Notes: a model not told the origin generated them from the letters alone. A DNA stretch of 63,892 bases, filler included, from Craspedostauros australis (GCA_030167865.1; 12 parts of 12 records of this genome joined end to end with filler, not necessarily neighbours in it), one strand, 5' to 3'. Positions 11,381-22,562 are shown, numbered from the whole stretch's first letter. Numbers and translations are program-made.

Positions 11381-11916
11381 CACAATATAATAGGATGTAC
11401 ATAATGCTTATCTTAACAATCCGCAAATGATGACATGACAATCCTGAACGGGGTGATACGACGAAAGTGGCCGTGCAGAGAAATGGTGATGCATGGAAGG
11501 AATCAATGGATTGACGGGCACTGATTTAGTCTTGGGGGCAGATTTGGATACGGGACTGATGGTCGTGACTTGAAATCGGGGTGAACGAGGCTGACGGGTT
11601 ATGAAATTATGACCCTTACAACCACCTCCATTATCGCTACAGTCTCACCAAATATCACTTCGCGAATCCGCCTACCACAAATGGAACCGTATTTGGAGTA
11701 TCATGATTTGTCGTTGCGCTTGTTCTCCCAGTCATCCATGCTTTCGAGAGATGGACGAAACCTGAATGACCTCTGCATCCACCTCCACCTCCATCTTCAT
11801 CTTCATCCAACAATAGAGACTTCCTGAAACCCGAAAGCAGTTTCCCGAAACGACACACAAACCTAGAATAGATACTCTACTCTAGAGGGACAGCCAGTCC
11901 AGGTGTAACGGCCGAG

Positions 11917-13758
11917 ATGAATTCGAAACTGTTGCTGTGGAAATCAGACAGCGCCCACGAACCGGATGGGTGCAACACGCGCAAGATCTCCGGATCCTCC
12001 ATGGATCACGACATGGTGCTTCAGACCCTGGAGGATGTGCGGAACAGAAACAAGCAGCGAGATGATCGCGCCAGTGAAGATGAACACTTGAAGCGCAGCG
12101 CGCAGGAGGTGGTTGCAGGAGCACAGTCTCAGTCCATCGGCGCGCATGGGGATCGTGGTGAGCAAGCGGAGCCGGTGGAGCCCACAAATCCTACTCCTAA
12201 TAACAGCAACAGCAACAGCAACGGCAACAGCAGTGGTGCGAATGCCATCGTGGACGACGCAATGTCGTTTGCCAACGTGCAAGTGCACACAGACGTCGTC
12301 GATGCGTTCATTCAGACGTTTCATTCGAGGAGGCTTTGGAAGTACATTCAGATCTCGCAGTGCCACGGTGAGGTGAACGACCTCATCGCAACCTGCATGA
12401 TGTCGGCGTCGTCTAATACATCGATACAGCACTTCGCGTTACAATCCAACATCAACCTCAACACGGCCTACCTTCTGTCGTACGGCTTGAAGTACACCAG
12501 CAGCCTCCTCAGCCTGTCCCTCTCGACGCACTTGACGATGGAGTTCGCCAACGCAGTTTCGCGCGCGCTGTCGCAGAACACGACAGTCACGACGTTCTCT
12601 CTAGCGGGATCTACGATCGACGCCAACGCCATCCTTCCGTTGTCGTTTGGCATTCGGATCAACACGACCGTGCGATCCTTCATCCTCGATAACTGCAAAT
12701 TGAAAGATGATCAGCTCGCCAGATTGCTGATCAGCCTGCAGTACCATCCCAGCATCCGAGTGCTGTCGCTGCGTCACAACCACTGTCACAACGAAGGCAT
12801 GTCCGCCGTGGCGGCCTTGCTGCATCTGGATCAACTGCACGAACTTGACTTGAGCTACCTGGAACGTCCCGAACGCAAGAAGGTAGAGCCGAAACCGCAA
12901 AAGAATGGAAATGATGGACCCACGAAGCAAGACCAAACGAAGAACGACTCCGACGGCGCAGCGGACAGCCAGCAGCAAGCATCACTCGACGCAGATGGTT
13001 CCGGCGAGATGGGGAAAGAAGGCAATGCGAAAAAAGCGGCACAACCCAACCAAGACAGCAACAAAGACGATAAGAGCAAGAGGGACGAAGATGCCGATGA
13101 ACGAGACAACGAGAAAGTCGTGAACAGATCGTTGGAGGTGTTACAGCTTGCCGGAAACAATCTGAGCGACACCTACGTATCGAGTCTGCTGGGCATCTTT
13201 GGCGACGACAGCCAACTGGAAGAGATCAATCTCTTCGGAAATCGCATCTCCGACTTTGGTGTACGCAAAATACTCCGGCTGATGCCCAAGCTGTCCAAAT
13301 TGCGTACCATCTGGTTGGGGCAGAACCCCTTCTCAACAAAAGCCGCAGAATCCATCGCCGACTGCGTGCAAAGCAACTACCGTCTGCAAGAAGTATCCAT
13401 CCTCAACATGGATGGAGACCCGCGTCGCAAGGAAATCCAACAGAGGATTGACCATTCCACCTTGCTCAATCTGGGCGGACGAAGGATCTACGCAGAAGCC
13501 AAAGACAAAGACAAACATGGCAGCCGCAACCACGACCGTAGCAGCAGCAAGGCAGCGACTGACGATGGCGAACCTGTTGATGCCAGCGTTGACGGCAGCG
13601 CTGGAATCCCGCATTCACTGTGGCCACACATCCTCAGCAGAGCGAATGAAGTCCCGACGTGGTTGTCGGCAGCTCAAATCAAATCGTATACCGCCGATGT
13701 GATTTTCACACTGCTACACGGTCCTGTCCTATTCGAGCACCCGGATTTGATGCGATAG
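11917..13758 (+). CDS. RNI-like (NLRC3-type) leucine-rich-repeat protein, 613 aa
   Basis: Repeated LxxLxLxxNxI units (LEVLQLAGNNLSD, LEEINLFGNRISD, LRTIWLGQNPF). C-terminal LNLGGRR...SLWPHIL...DVIFTLL block. Charged low-complexity insert within the LRRs. Confidence 0.9.
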   Translation: MNSKLLLWKSDSAHEPDGCNTRKISGSSMDHDMVLQTLEDVRNRNKQRDDRASEDEHLKRSAQEVVAGAQSQSIGAHGDRGEQAEPVEPTNPTPNNSNSNSNGNSSGANAIVDDAMSFANVQVHTDVVDAFIQTFHSRRLWKYIQISQCHGEVNDLIATCMMSASSNTSIQHFALQSNINLNTAYLLSYGLKYTSSLLSLSLSTHLTMEFANAVSRALSQNTTVTTFSLAGSTIDANAILPLSFGIRINTTVRSFILDNCKLKDDQLARLLISLQYHPSIRVLSLRHNHCHNEGMSAVAALLHLDQLHELDLSYLERPERKKVEPKPQKNGNDGPTKQDQTKNDSDGAADSQQQASLDADGSGEMGKEGNAKKAAQPNQDSNKDDKSKRDEDADERDNEKVVNRSLEVLQLAGNNLSDTYVSSLLGIFGDDSQLEEINLFGNRISDFGVRKILRLMPKLSKLRTIWLGQNPFSTKAAESIADCVQSNYRLQEVSILNMDGDPRRKEIQQRIDHSTLLNLGGRRIYAEAKDKDKHGSRNHDRSSSKAATDDGEPVDASVDGSAGIPHSLWPHILSRANEVPTWLSAAQIKSYTADVIFTLLHGPVLFEHPDLMR

Positions 13759-13822
13759 GACCCACGATGGTACTCTGCAAACAGAGAACGGTACTTTTTT
13801 CATATTGTTCCAATGCTGCAAT

Positions 13823-16800
13823 TTAGTTGTCCGAATTATCAGTCAGCACAGAAACGTCATCCTGATCGCTGCCGTCGCCACCTTCCTCGCTCACCCCCTC
13901 CAGCCTGTCGCTGCTATCATAGTTTAACTTGGATGCGGCAGAATCCAAGTGCTCTGCGTCTGCGTCTGCGTCTAAACCTGCATCGGCACCGGTCCCTGTG
14001 CGCTTCCTGGCCGGAGTGTAGGTAGAGAGCACATCCAGCTTGGAACGGCGTGACGATGCATCTGTCACCGATCCTGCGATGATACACCGCCTCTGACCAT
14101 CGGCATTCGACCGACTGTGGCCAGACACGCTGTTGAGTGCATTCACCAACTGCCTGCGTTTTGCGTTGCCCAGATTCCGAAGATACTCACCTCGGCGATC
14201 CTTGATGTCATCCACCTTGCTTGTGCAGCCCCATTCTTGGTATAATTCGACTGCGCGGACGAAGTAGTCGCCGACGAGCTCTGGACGACTAGACCGGATG
14301 TAATGCTCGCCGGCCAATTCACATGCCAGACCAGCCTCGTGCAGACACGAGGATTTGATGGATAGCGTTATCGCGATGTCGTACGCATTCTTAACGACGG
14401 GACTGGTCTTGTCGCGTTTTCGGATTGAGGTGTGTTCAGCCTCCAGCACGAACACCTGGTGGAGGAAGTTCCTTCCTCTGGTTTTGCCAAGGCTGTTCAA
14501 GTACTGTGTCATCTTGCGGAGTTTGGTCAGGTGCTCCTTCCTTCCCGTCTCCCTGTACCTTGCTGCCGCGATCAGGCCTGAGTAGAACCCTTCTGTGATC
14601 AGCTTGAAGTACGACAATTCGTGGGATCCAGCAAGGCAGAAGTTCTTGAGCAGGCTCTCTGCGATGGCGTACCTCCGAAAGTACACGGTAACTACGAGCC
14701 TGGTATAGAAGTACATCATGATGTGGGCGGTCTTGGAGGGGTCGTGGTTCTCCCTGGAGACATCCCGTCGTGCGTCGACCTCAATGGCAGCCCAATCGAT
14801 CTCATCTGCCCCCGTGAGCATCTTGAACATGCCGAGCATTTCATTGGCCTGTCCGCTCGTTGCTGAAACTTTGTACGTCCTTAACTGCTGTAGGGTGGAT
14901 TCAGATGCCTTGATCAGCGGGTCCAGCTCAAAGCCTGCGATGAATGCGAGGCCGATGCATCCCTGCCAGTTGAGAAGGCCCATCTCGAATTCGCCCACCT
15001 CCATGGAGTATGTGTACCCTCGCCTGCATTGCTGGAGTTGCTCTGTGAAGGGGAGGGAGAATGGTGTGATCCAGTTTGATGTCAGCAAGCAGACACTCCC
15101 CACATTGGCCTTGGCGTTGGTCCTCTCGGCGATCTTGTGCGCAAGCCATGCGCATCTGTTCGCCATCGGCTGATCACCGGTTGAAGATGCGATGAGCCCG
15201 TACACGGCAAAGGCAACTGCCGAGTCTTCGCTGAGGCCGTGCTTGATTGTCCTTTGGAGCATCTTGCAGGCGTTGAGCAGCCAGACGACCATGTTCTTCG
15301 TCATGTACGCCCGCGTTCCAGTTTCCGTAGCGATTTTCATCGCAAATATCTTCTTTGCGTCGGTCATGATCGGACGTTTCGCGATCTCATCATTGCTACA
15401 CCTCTTCATGAAGGACTTGATCTTCATCATCCCTTTTGCTATGTGCAGACCGTACCATCGCTTGGGCATCGAACCCAATAGCGAAGAGGCCTTCATGCCG
15501 AGCTCCAGTGCCTCGGTGTGTCGATCCTCCCTGCCCAGCGCCCGCATGATCGCGTAGTACGTCGGCAGCTTGTCTTCCAGCGTCTTGGCCTTTTCTAGCA
15601 ATTCGTTGCCCAACTTGTACCCGATCTCGAAGTGGCCAAGCGACAGCTCCACATCGCATCGCGCGCGATAGATTCTAACACAGATGTCGTACCTGTGGTT
15701 GCCCTCCCACACAGATGACGACCCTGTTCCATTACCTTCCTCACTACCCGCCCTGCCAACACCGGTGGTTGAGTTGTTGCGGACACGACGCAGTGCGTTG
15801 GAGGCCTTTTGCAAATAAACGGCTGCGGATGCCAACGCCGCCATCTGCAGCGCCTTCTCGCCAACTTGTAGATTCAGCGTCACGGAGAACTTGTGATCCT
15901 TGGCCTGGACGCTGTTCAGATGATCAGCCGCGATGAATAGTAGACCATCGTCTTCCTCTGGCATGGAGTACGATTTCGTCCGCGACGATTTCGTAGAGGG
16001 GGTGGAGGAGCGCGAAGGTTTGGAGGACCACGATGTACCGTCCCTGGATTTCTTCGGGTCGGAATTCTTCCGTCGCTTTGCCTGCACCTGCTTCTTCACC
16101 TTCTTGTTCTTTGCCTTCGCAAGATCTCGCTTCGTCGCGTTATGCTTGGCTTCGCGGTACATTCGCAGCAAACAATGCCCGATCCGCACGCGGAGCTTGT
16201 CGCGCGTCTCACCGAACGGCACCATCTCGTGGGCTGCCTGCTGGATGCGATCGTGCGCGAAGCGATACGTCGTCCCGCCGATGGGGTTCAAGAGCAGACG
16301 CTCGAGCACTGCTCGCTCCAGGATGTTCGCTAGGTGCTCCTTGTCGGCAAAAGAAGGCGTGCCGTCGCCACTGGTCCCACTGTCTGTGTCCGTCGAGTCG
16401 ATGGCACCGTCCGCGTGCTGCTGTTCGCTGATCAGCACCTTCTGCAGGATGGCAATGTCGAAGTTGGATCGGATGTAGGATGCGATGGACAGCACCTGCT
16501 GCAGCGGCTTTGGCAGATCCTGGAGCTTCCCATCGATGGCAGTGATGATGTCATCGCTGATCGGGAGATCATGGTCTTGTAGACTGCGGCTGTCATTGGC
16601 CGGCGTGCCGTCGCCTTGTTGGCCGAGGTTCCATTCCCACTGGAAGGAGATGCGGCTGTAGACCAGGAAATTCTTGCGCTGGAGTTCCTCGAGCGCCTGG
16701 AAGGTGAAGAAGATGTTGCCTTTCGTCTTGGCATAGAGCTTCTTCGACAGGAGCTGCGTGTCGGTGCGTCCCAGCAGGCTCGATAGCCACACATCCAGCT

Positions 16801-18466
16801 CTGTTGGGGAGAGGTTGTTGATGGTGATCTGTTGCAGGGAGCGTTTGTGCCCTTCGTGCTCTTTGTGCGTGGAAGAGTCGAGTGACGGATCGCTGGACTC
16901 CGCTCCCTCGACGACGTGGCTGCCATCCTTGTCGCTCGCAGTAAACCGGCTCAAGAACGACGCCATGAGGGGTGCATCCGGAGGTAAGTCTAGAATATCG
17001 CCGTTGTGGGGGTTGGTTTCTTGTCGAATGGCACCCAGCAGCATGAAGTTTTGTAGCTCGACATCGTCGACGAGGTTTGCCAGTAAATCGAGACTGATGT
17101 TCGATGACCATTGCAAGTCATCGAGGAACATGTACACGGGTCGCTCAGGCGTGGAGATCACCTTGATGAACTTGAGGAACATGTACTGGAGTTGGTTCCA
17201 CACGTTGTCAGTCGATACGGAATGCGACAGCGACGCAGACAACGATGTTGTCGCTTCTTGGTGTTGTTCCGCTGCTATCCCTCTGCGAGAAGTCTTCCCG
17301 GACGGCTCGGTGGCCAACGAGATTGACTCGACTTCCCCATCGGTCGACTCGCTGCTGTCGCTTTCAGTCGAGAGGATGCCCAAGCACGGCAACACGTTGA
17401 CGATCGTCTCGAATCCGTCCGCTGGGAATGCGGCCTGGACGAGTCGTCGCAGCCGTTCCAATTCCTCGCTGGACCCGCGTTTGAGCTGAGCCGCGAAGTC
17501 TCGCATGGCCTGAGTGATGGCGGAGAAGAGATCGCTCGTGCCTGTGTACTCATCGTTCTTGCCACGCAGGATGTAACAGCAGGTGCAGACTTGGCCCTGG
17601 TCCTGTCGGTTGGTGGTTTTGTTGTTGTTGTTGTTGTTGCTGGTGCTGTGGCGTGCACCGGTGTCAGTGGCGTGACATCGGCCCTGGCAACATGAAGTTT
17701 CCAAAAAGTGATCGACCAGCATTGATTTGCCCGTCCCGCTGATTCCCCAGACCAGCACCGCTGGGTAGATCGATGCCTTCGATGCTGTTACTGTGGCCAT
17801 GGCATCAACCGCGTCGCACTGAGGGGCTGATTCCGTGCCTTGGGCGGCTCCTGAGGCTTGCAGCGATTTCGCAGATGATTTTGCCACCGCGTTGGAAGGC
17901 GATTGAAGTGCGCTGGACTTTTGCGCCAAGTTGGATGTCGACGCCGATGCCGATGTGGATGCCGGTGTCAACGCCAGATCGGTTTCTGACGTGCGCCCAA
18001 TTGCACCGCCGTTGTTCGTCATGAGCTCCCGCTGCGCTTCCCGAAGTTTCTGCAGTTCTTTCTGTCTCCCGAGGAAGGCATTTGATGCATGACATGAAGG
18101 ACTCGAGCTGGTTTGATGCATGGCGGAACTTGGCGTTGCCATCTTAGCATGCTGACGAGCGGGTGGAAGTGCTGCTGACCTTGGCGTGCAGTGATCGTGA
18201 TCTTTGCTAGGGGTGATGCTGTTGCTGCTGCCGGCAGCGCTGTTGGTGCGTTTTAGGACACCAGAGTGGCACGAGACTTGTTTGATGGAGAGAGCCTCGT
18301 CGATGAACTCTGTGACATCTGCAAAGCGGACGGAGTTCGAGGATGCCGAGGTTCGTCGTGGATTGTTGAGGATGAATTTAGCAGAGGGGAGTTTGGTGGT
18401 TGCTCCAAGCTTGGTTGGAACCGGCGAATGCACCGGTGATGCCATTGTCGCCGCCGGTGTCGCCAT
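13823..18466 (-). CDS. Large STAND-class NTPase (AAA_16 / COG3899-like) with winged helix and TPR-like C-terminus, ~1547 aa, intronless
   Basis: FLGRQKELQKL, Walker A GISGTGKS, Walker B MFLDDLQW, KTKGNIFF, YRFAHDRIQQAA, ...EAGLACELAG...YQEWGC.SKV. First in-frame ATG after the upstream repeat is at 18466. Confidence 0.88.
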   Translation of the reverse strand: MATPAATMASPVHSPVPTKLGATTKLPSAKFILNNPRRTSASSNSVRFADVTEFIDEALSIKQVSCHSGVLKRTNSAAGSSNSITPSKDHDHCTPRSAALPPARQHAKMATPSSAMHQTSSSPSCHASNAFLGRQKELQKLREAQRELMTNNGGAIGRTSETDLALTPASTSASASTSNLAQKSSALQSPSNAVAKSSAKSLQASGAAQGTESAPQCDAVDAMATVTASKASIYPAVLVWGISGTGKSMLVDHFLETSCCQGRCHATDTGARHSTSNNNNNNKTTNRQDQGQVCTCCYILRGKNDEYTGTSDLFSAITQAMRDFAAQLKRGSSEELERLRRLVQAAFPADGFETIVNVLPCLGILSTESDSSESTDGEVESISLATEPSGKTSRRGIAAEQHQEATTSLSASLSHSVSTDNVWNQLQYMFLKFIKVISTPERPVYMFLDDLQWSSNISLDLLANLVDDVELQNFMLLGAIRQETNPHNGDILDLPPDAPLMASFLSRFTASDKDGSHVVEGAESSDPSLDSSTHKEHEGHKRSLQQITINNLSPTELDVWLSSLLGRTDTQLLSKKLYAKTKGNIFFTFQALEELQRKNFLVYSRISFQWEWNLGQQGDGTPANDSRSLQDHDLPISDDIITAIDGKLQDLPKPLQQVLSIASYIRSNFDIAILQKVLISEQQHADGAIDSTDTDSGTSGDGTPSFADKEHLANILERAVLERLLLNPIGGTTYRFAHDRIQQAAHEMVPFGETRDKLRVRIGHCLLRMYREAKHNATKRDLAKAKNKKVKKQVQAKRRKNSDPKKSRDGTSWSSKPSRSSTPSTKSSRTKSYSMPEEDDGLLFIAADHLNSVQAKDHKFSVTLNLQVGEKALQMAALASAAVYLQKASNALRRVRNNSTTGVGRAGSEEGNGTGSSSVWEGNHRYDICVRIYRARCDVELSLGHFEIGYKLGNELLEKAKTLEDKLPTYYAIMRALGREDRHTEALELGMKASSLLGSMPKRWYGLHIAKGMMKIKSFMKRCSNDEIAKRPIMTDAKKIFAMKIATETGTRAYMTKNMVVWLLNACKMLQRTIKHGLSEDSAVAFAVYGLIASSTGDQPMANRCAWLAHKIAERTNAKANVGSVCLLTSNWITPFSLPFTEQLQQCRRGYTYSMEVGEFEMGLLNWQGCIGLAFIAGFELDPLIKASESTLQQLRTYKVSATSGQANEMLGMFKMLTGADEIDWAAIEVDARRDVSRENHDPSKTAHIMMYFYTRLVVTVYFRRYAIAESLLKNFCLAGSHELSYFKLITEGFYSGLIAAARYRETGRKEHLTKLRKMTQYLNSLGKTRGRNFLHQVFVLEAEHTSIRKRDKTSPVVKNAYDIAITLSIKSSCLHEAGLACELAGEHYIRSSRPELVGDYFVRAVELYQEWGCTSKVDDIKDRRGEYLRNLGNAKRRQLVNALNSVSGHSRSNADGQRRCIIAGSVTDASSRRSKLDVLSTYTPARKRTGTGADAGLDADADAEHLDSAASKLNYDSSDRLEGVSEEGGDGSDQDDVSVLTDNSDN

Positions 18467-18525
18467 GGCTGTGTGCGAGGATTGGTCCGAGTATAGTATG
18501 GTGTTGACGATTTGGCGCAAGTGGG

Positions 18526-18572
18526 TTGAGTTTGGATTGAGTTTGGATTGAGTTTGGATTGAGTTTGGATTG
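18526..18572. repeat. 11-bp tandem repeat TTGAGTTTGGA x4, just upstream of the STAND gene
   Basis: Directly visible. Confidence 0.9.
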
Positions 18573-19752
18573 TGTTTATGACTGTCAGGTTGTGTGAAGG
18601 TGTGCGCGATGGTGGTGTCGTGGATGTATGAAGGTGCGGAAAGTCTGTCTCTCCGCATGGGGAGGCTTGTGGCACGGAGCAAAATGACGACAACGATCAC
18701 TCCAAGCGCCAACTCGGTGCCGCTTCCTGCTTCCGCTCCAACGAAACGAGTGACAACCCGTGGCGGGAACAGCACCCAGACACTCCAGGGAGAAAGACAT
18801 GATCAACCTTTCATCTCATCGACCGACGCTTGACGCAAGTTGCGTCGGGTCTCATTGTATTCGTAAAATGTGAGCTGTGTCCGTTTCAGCGATCGCACAA
18901 AATTGTGTTGAAGTACGTTGGTCCGAAACATGACATTTACATCGATTTTCGCACCTCGTTGGCATCTAGGGCTTTATGCATAAAACCGTCGCGCGCTTGC
19001 TGAGTTGTTTAAATGATGAGTCGCTTCCACTTTCTTGCGAGTCATGTGTTCGAACTCATGTGGCGTTGCCAGTATCAATTGTGCCTCTCTCTTGTTGCTG
19101 CATGCCTTGTTCAAGTCACTGATATAAGCCCTCTTCGCTAGGAATTATGATGATTGACATTCGCGGACACATGTTGTGTTGGCGAATTAACTATTGGTAA
19201 TGATGATTCGGGTTGACCAAATCGTTCATATGCGTAATCTAGACTCAATCATAGATGATAAACATTGTTCGGATTGGTCGACACTGTTGAGACGGAGCAA
19301 GGCATAAATCATTCACGTTTCTGAACCCAATGCTGATACGACATGGTTGCGACATCCCGAGATGACTGTGAAAAAGTGTCATTTCCGCATAGCTCCCAAA
19401 GAAGACCAATGAATGAGGCCCGGTTTGTGGATGGGGCTGTTGGTTTGGAGGCCCAATGCGGTCTTTCGCGGCGAAAATCCTCTTCCGACTACTCCTGTCC
19501 CACCGCGCTTGCAATCTGCTTCGCGTCCCGAGAACGGGCACAACCACGAACACGAGCGCGAACATAGGCACGAGTTTTGCGTGTGCGTGTGGGTTTGGTA
19601 CGACCACGTGCTGTTGTGAAGCCCCAATTCGTTCCACGACACGAACAAAAACGGCATCATGGAGGAGGGTGTGCCAACAAACCAAACCACCCATGACAAC
19701 GACGACAAAACAGCAACAAACGACGATTTTAAGGCCCCATTCAGGATAGAAT

Positions 19753-19943
19753 CGTACGTTTTTGCGGATTTGACATCGTAACACGTGATATTTTTAGAAC
19801 ATGATTTTTCGTGTTGTCCATTAGGGTTAGATACATTTAGCTAGCTTCTACGACACAACTACCTGGCTGACTTGTCTTCGCCATAGACAGAATTGATGAC
19901 GTCTTTGACGGTCGATATCAGACGGCAATGGAATCCAATGTTG
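19753..19943. repeat. Repeat family A, copy 3 (one terminus; contig end)
   Basis: CGTACGTTTTTGCGGATTTGACATCG... is the reverse complement of 1870-2059. Confidence 0.85.
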
Positions 19944-20465
19944 NNNNNNNNNNNNNNNNNNNNNNNNNNNNNNNNNNNNNNNNNNNNTTAATTAATTAAN
20001 NNNNNNNNNNNNNNNNNNNNNNNNNNNNNNNNNNNNNNNNNNNAATGACAATGCGTGTGGGTTGTGTAGCCCAAGTACCGTGGGTCGAGATCCGTTGTCT
20101 GAGTTCTGTGAGAGACAATGGGCGATGGCGCGTGTTGTTGTGGCCTTGGTTCCGTGTGTCGGCGTTTTGGCGATGGTGGGTGTCAGAAACTTGGTTATCG
20201 GAACCCTATTGGTTCCCTGACATGAATTCCGAAGATCTGCTTCAAGGTTCTGGATCTGTCTCCAAACGTGGGGTCCGGCGAAGTGTTCGTTCGATCTACT
20301 GGAATGCTGACGAGTCGGATGATTCGTAGTCTCTCTCACTAAGGTGGTTACTAGTTTAGCTCTATTACTCCCCTTCATCTCACGTTGAAACGTGAGTTGA
20401 CTGAAAGCAAGAAAGCTAATCATAGTGTGGTTTGTTCCGCCGCCCAAGATGGCGGCGAGCGGGCT

Positions 20466-22562
20466 TCATTCGGACTGTTCGTTGTTGTCGTAGTAGCTGC
20501 GGCTTTGGCGGCGGTTGGTGAGCATNGCTTTCAATGCCTTGTTCAACGAGGAGGTGATGCTGATCTGCTGAACTTGGTTGATATGGTCGAGCCCTCCGCA
20601 GAAAAGGATATCGGCGAGGGTTTGGATGACCATGGGTGTCCTCTCGTCGTTTTGGAGGACGGCCTTGATCTGGGCTGTGGGGTCGGGAGGCATCTGGAAG
20701 ATGGATGGTTGCATCATCGTTGGTCCAGGGTTGCTGGACATGATGTACCCGGATCGAAGACGTCGGGGCGACGGGTATGCGATCGCTGGTCGGGGTTCCA
20801 TTCGGGCCCTCTTGTTAGCGTTGCTGGTCTCCGGAGTGTTGGGTGTCGATGGCAGGGGATGGTTCAAGACGGGGAAACTGCGAGTGTTGACGTTCGCATC
20901 CTCATTGTGGCTCGCAGGTGCCGGGTACGCGGTAGCTATCGGCACGCTATCATCGGTTGGCCCCTCTGGTGGTGTAGGGACCTCTGGTTGCTCATCCCGA
21001 GTTGTGGGAGGCATCGGCTCTGCTGCATCGGGAGGATTCTCCGCGGTCGTGGTGAGGGCTTCTTTCGCGATGATGGTCCCACTCGTGGTTTTCTTGGCGG
21101 ACCTGACCTGTTTGATTGTCTTGATTCTTGACATTCCCGAGGAAACGGTTGAATCCTCAGATTCATCGAAGAGCCCCTTTCTCTTGGGGCGGTTGCTTTG
21201 TTTGCTGCTGGCTCCAGGGGTGGGTCGTCGCGATGCTTGGTTCCGGTTGATTGAGTTGTCTTCTGGTCGGAAGATGGACCCAGAATCGTCACTGTCGCCG
21301 GGCTCTTGGGCGGACGCGCTGTCCACGGAGTGATCGGTAGGGATCACGGGCTTTGGGCGTACCTTGTCGGTATACCCTTGTCCATCTCGCGTGGCAGTCA
21401 AGATTTTGGACGCCGGTGAAGGTCGTGATGATCGTCTGATGGGAGGTCTGGGGTGGCTGATCACCGCTCCACTTGCGATCTCTGCTTCCACGTCAATCAC
21501 ACTTCCTGGGTCCTGCGATTCTTGATCTCTATCGCGGTACGCCTCTGATTCAGACTCCTGATGGCTGGCTTCTTCTGCGGTCATCTTCTCGTCGAAGAAT
21601 CCGTCTGGGATCTCATCCAGGAATCTGCCTTCTAGTGTCTCTCCCTCTTCGAGACTGGGACGGGTGTCTTCGAGGGATGGTATTCCGTCGACCATGTCAT
21701 CCTCATCGGTAGGGGGAAAAGGCTCGTTCGCGAGTGCTTTCTTCTCTCGTGCGAGGTTGACGGCGAGGGTGTCGCTTTGTTTCCGGACCATTCGTGCCTT
21801 CCTTGCGCGTGCGAGGATGATTGGGATCCGGTTCATCCTCACCTTGAAGAAGTGGCATATGGATGGCTTCCGCAAGGTTGCGCGGTACTCGTCGGGTGAT
21901 TCGCCCCATGCGCCGTCCTCTTTGGGGTAGAAGCACTGGCCATCGGCTATGGCGATGCTGAGGACCTCGGTGGTTTGGAGGTTGTCATCCAGGTATTCGG
22001 AGAGGGTGAGAGGGTAGATGGATTGTTTCTCTACGTGGGTGATTTCGCCGGCTGGTGTGTTATCGTTTCCCTTCGTGCAGAAGATTCGGACTCTGCGGCC
22101 ACTGTATCCGACGACGATTCCTTGGAATGGTCCCTTCTTTCCTGCGGGATATAGTACCCTGGATCCGGGGACGGGGCATTGAATGCCATCGTAGAACGGG
22201 GTATACTTTGGGAATGTCATCTTGCGTGTCCTCGTCTGGAATGGAGAGGGGTTGTGTCCGGGGTCCTGGTTGTGGCGGCTCCGTTTTTGTGGTGAAAGCA
22301 TGTTCATGTCGCGGAATGCAATAGAGGGTGCGGTCGCGTTCCGTGCCAGGTCTTCTTGGAGATCAGCAATCAACATGTCGCACCTGTATGTTTCGTGCTC
22401 AGGTGTAACGAAAACCCGAGGTGTCAGGCCCGTGTGGAAGGAAGTTTCGCAGTTACCTTCCTTGATGGCTGGCATGGCGGCTCCAGGTGTCGGTTTCCGG
22501 AACTTGGTCGATGTGGCGACGTGTGATTGGTTCCTTGGCATGATGGGCCCTGTCTCCAGCAT
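20466..22562 (-). CDS. Unknown 698-aa intronless ORF (may be 5' incomplete); possibly ORF1/gag-like protein of a mobile element
   Basis: Long open frame with a small beta-rich segment (GSRVLYPAGKKGPFQGIVVGYSGRRVRIF), a long disordered middle and a helical C-terminus. No motif recognised. Confidence 0.5.
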   Translation of the reverse strand: MLETGPIMPRNQSHVATSTKFRKPTPGAAMPAIKEGNCETSFHTGLTPRVFVTPEHETYRCDMLIADLQEDLARNATAPSIAFRDMNMLSPQKRSRHNQDPGHNPSPFQTRTRKMTFPKYTPFYDGIQCPVPGSRVLYPAGKKGPFQGIVVGYSGRRVRIFCTKGNDNTPAGEITHVEKQSIYPLTLSEYLDDNLQTTEVLSIAIADGQCFYPKEDGAWGESPDEYRATLRKPSICHFFKVRMNRIPIILARARKARMVRKQSDTLAVNLAREKKALANEPFPPTDEDDMVDGIPSLEDTRPSLEEGETLEGRFLDEIPDGFFDEKMTAEEASHQESESEAYRDRDQESQDPGSVIDVEAEIASGAVISHPRPPIRRSSRPSPASKILTATRDGQGYTDKVRPKPVIPTDHSVDSASAQEPGDSDDSGSIFRPEDNSINRNQASRRPTPGASSKQSNRPKRKGLFDESEDSTVSSGMSRIKTIKQVRSAKKTTSGTIIAKEALTTTAENPPDAAEPMPPTTRDEQPEVPTPPEGPTDDSVPIATAYPAPASHNEDANVNTRSFPVLNHPLPSTPNTPETSNANKRARMEPRPAIAYPSPRRLRSGYIMSSNPGPTMMQPSIFQMPPDPTAQIKAVLQNDERTPMVIQTLADILFCGGLDHINQVQQISITSSLNKALKXMLTNRRQSRSYYDNNEQSE

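Noticed and set aside
18467..18775. N-terminal 103 aa of the 1650-aa ORF call
   Set aside because: It starts at a non-ATG codon and crosses an 11-bp non-triplet tandem repeat, so it is more likely 5' UTR or promoter.
20445..20456. YY1-consensus CAAGATGGCGGC
   Set aside because: It is part of a GC hairpin, and nothing here supports a YY1-type factor in this lineage.
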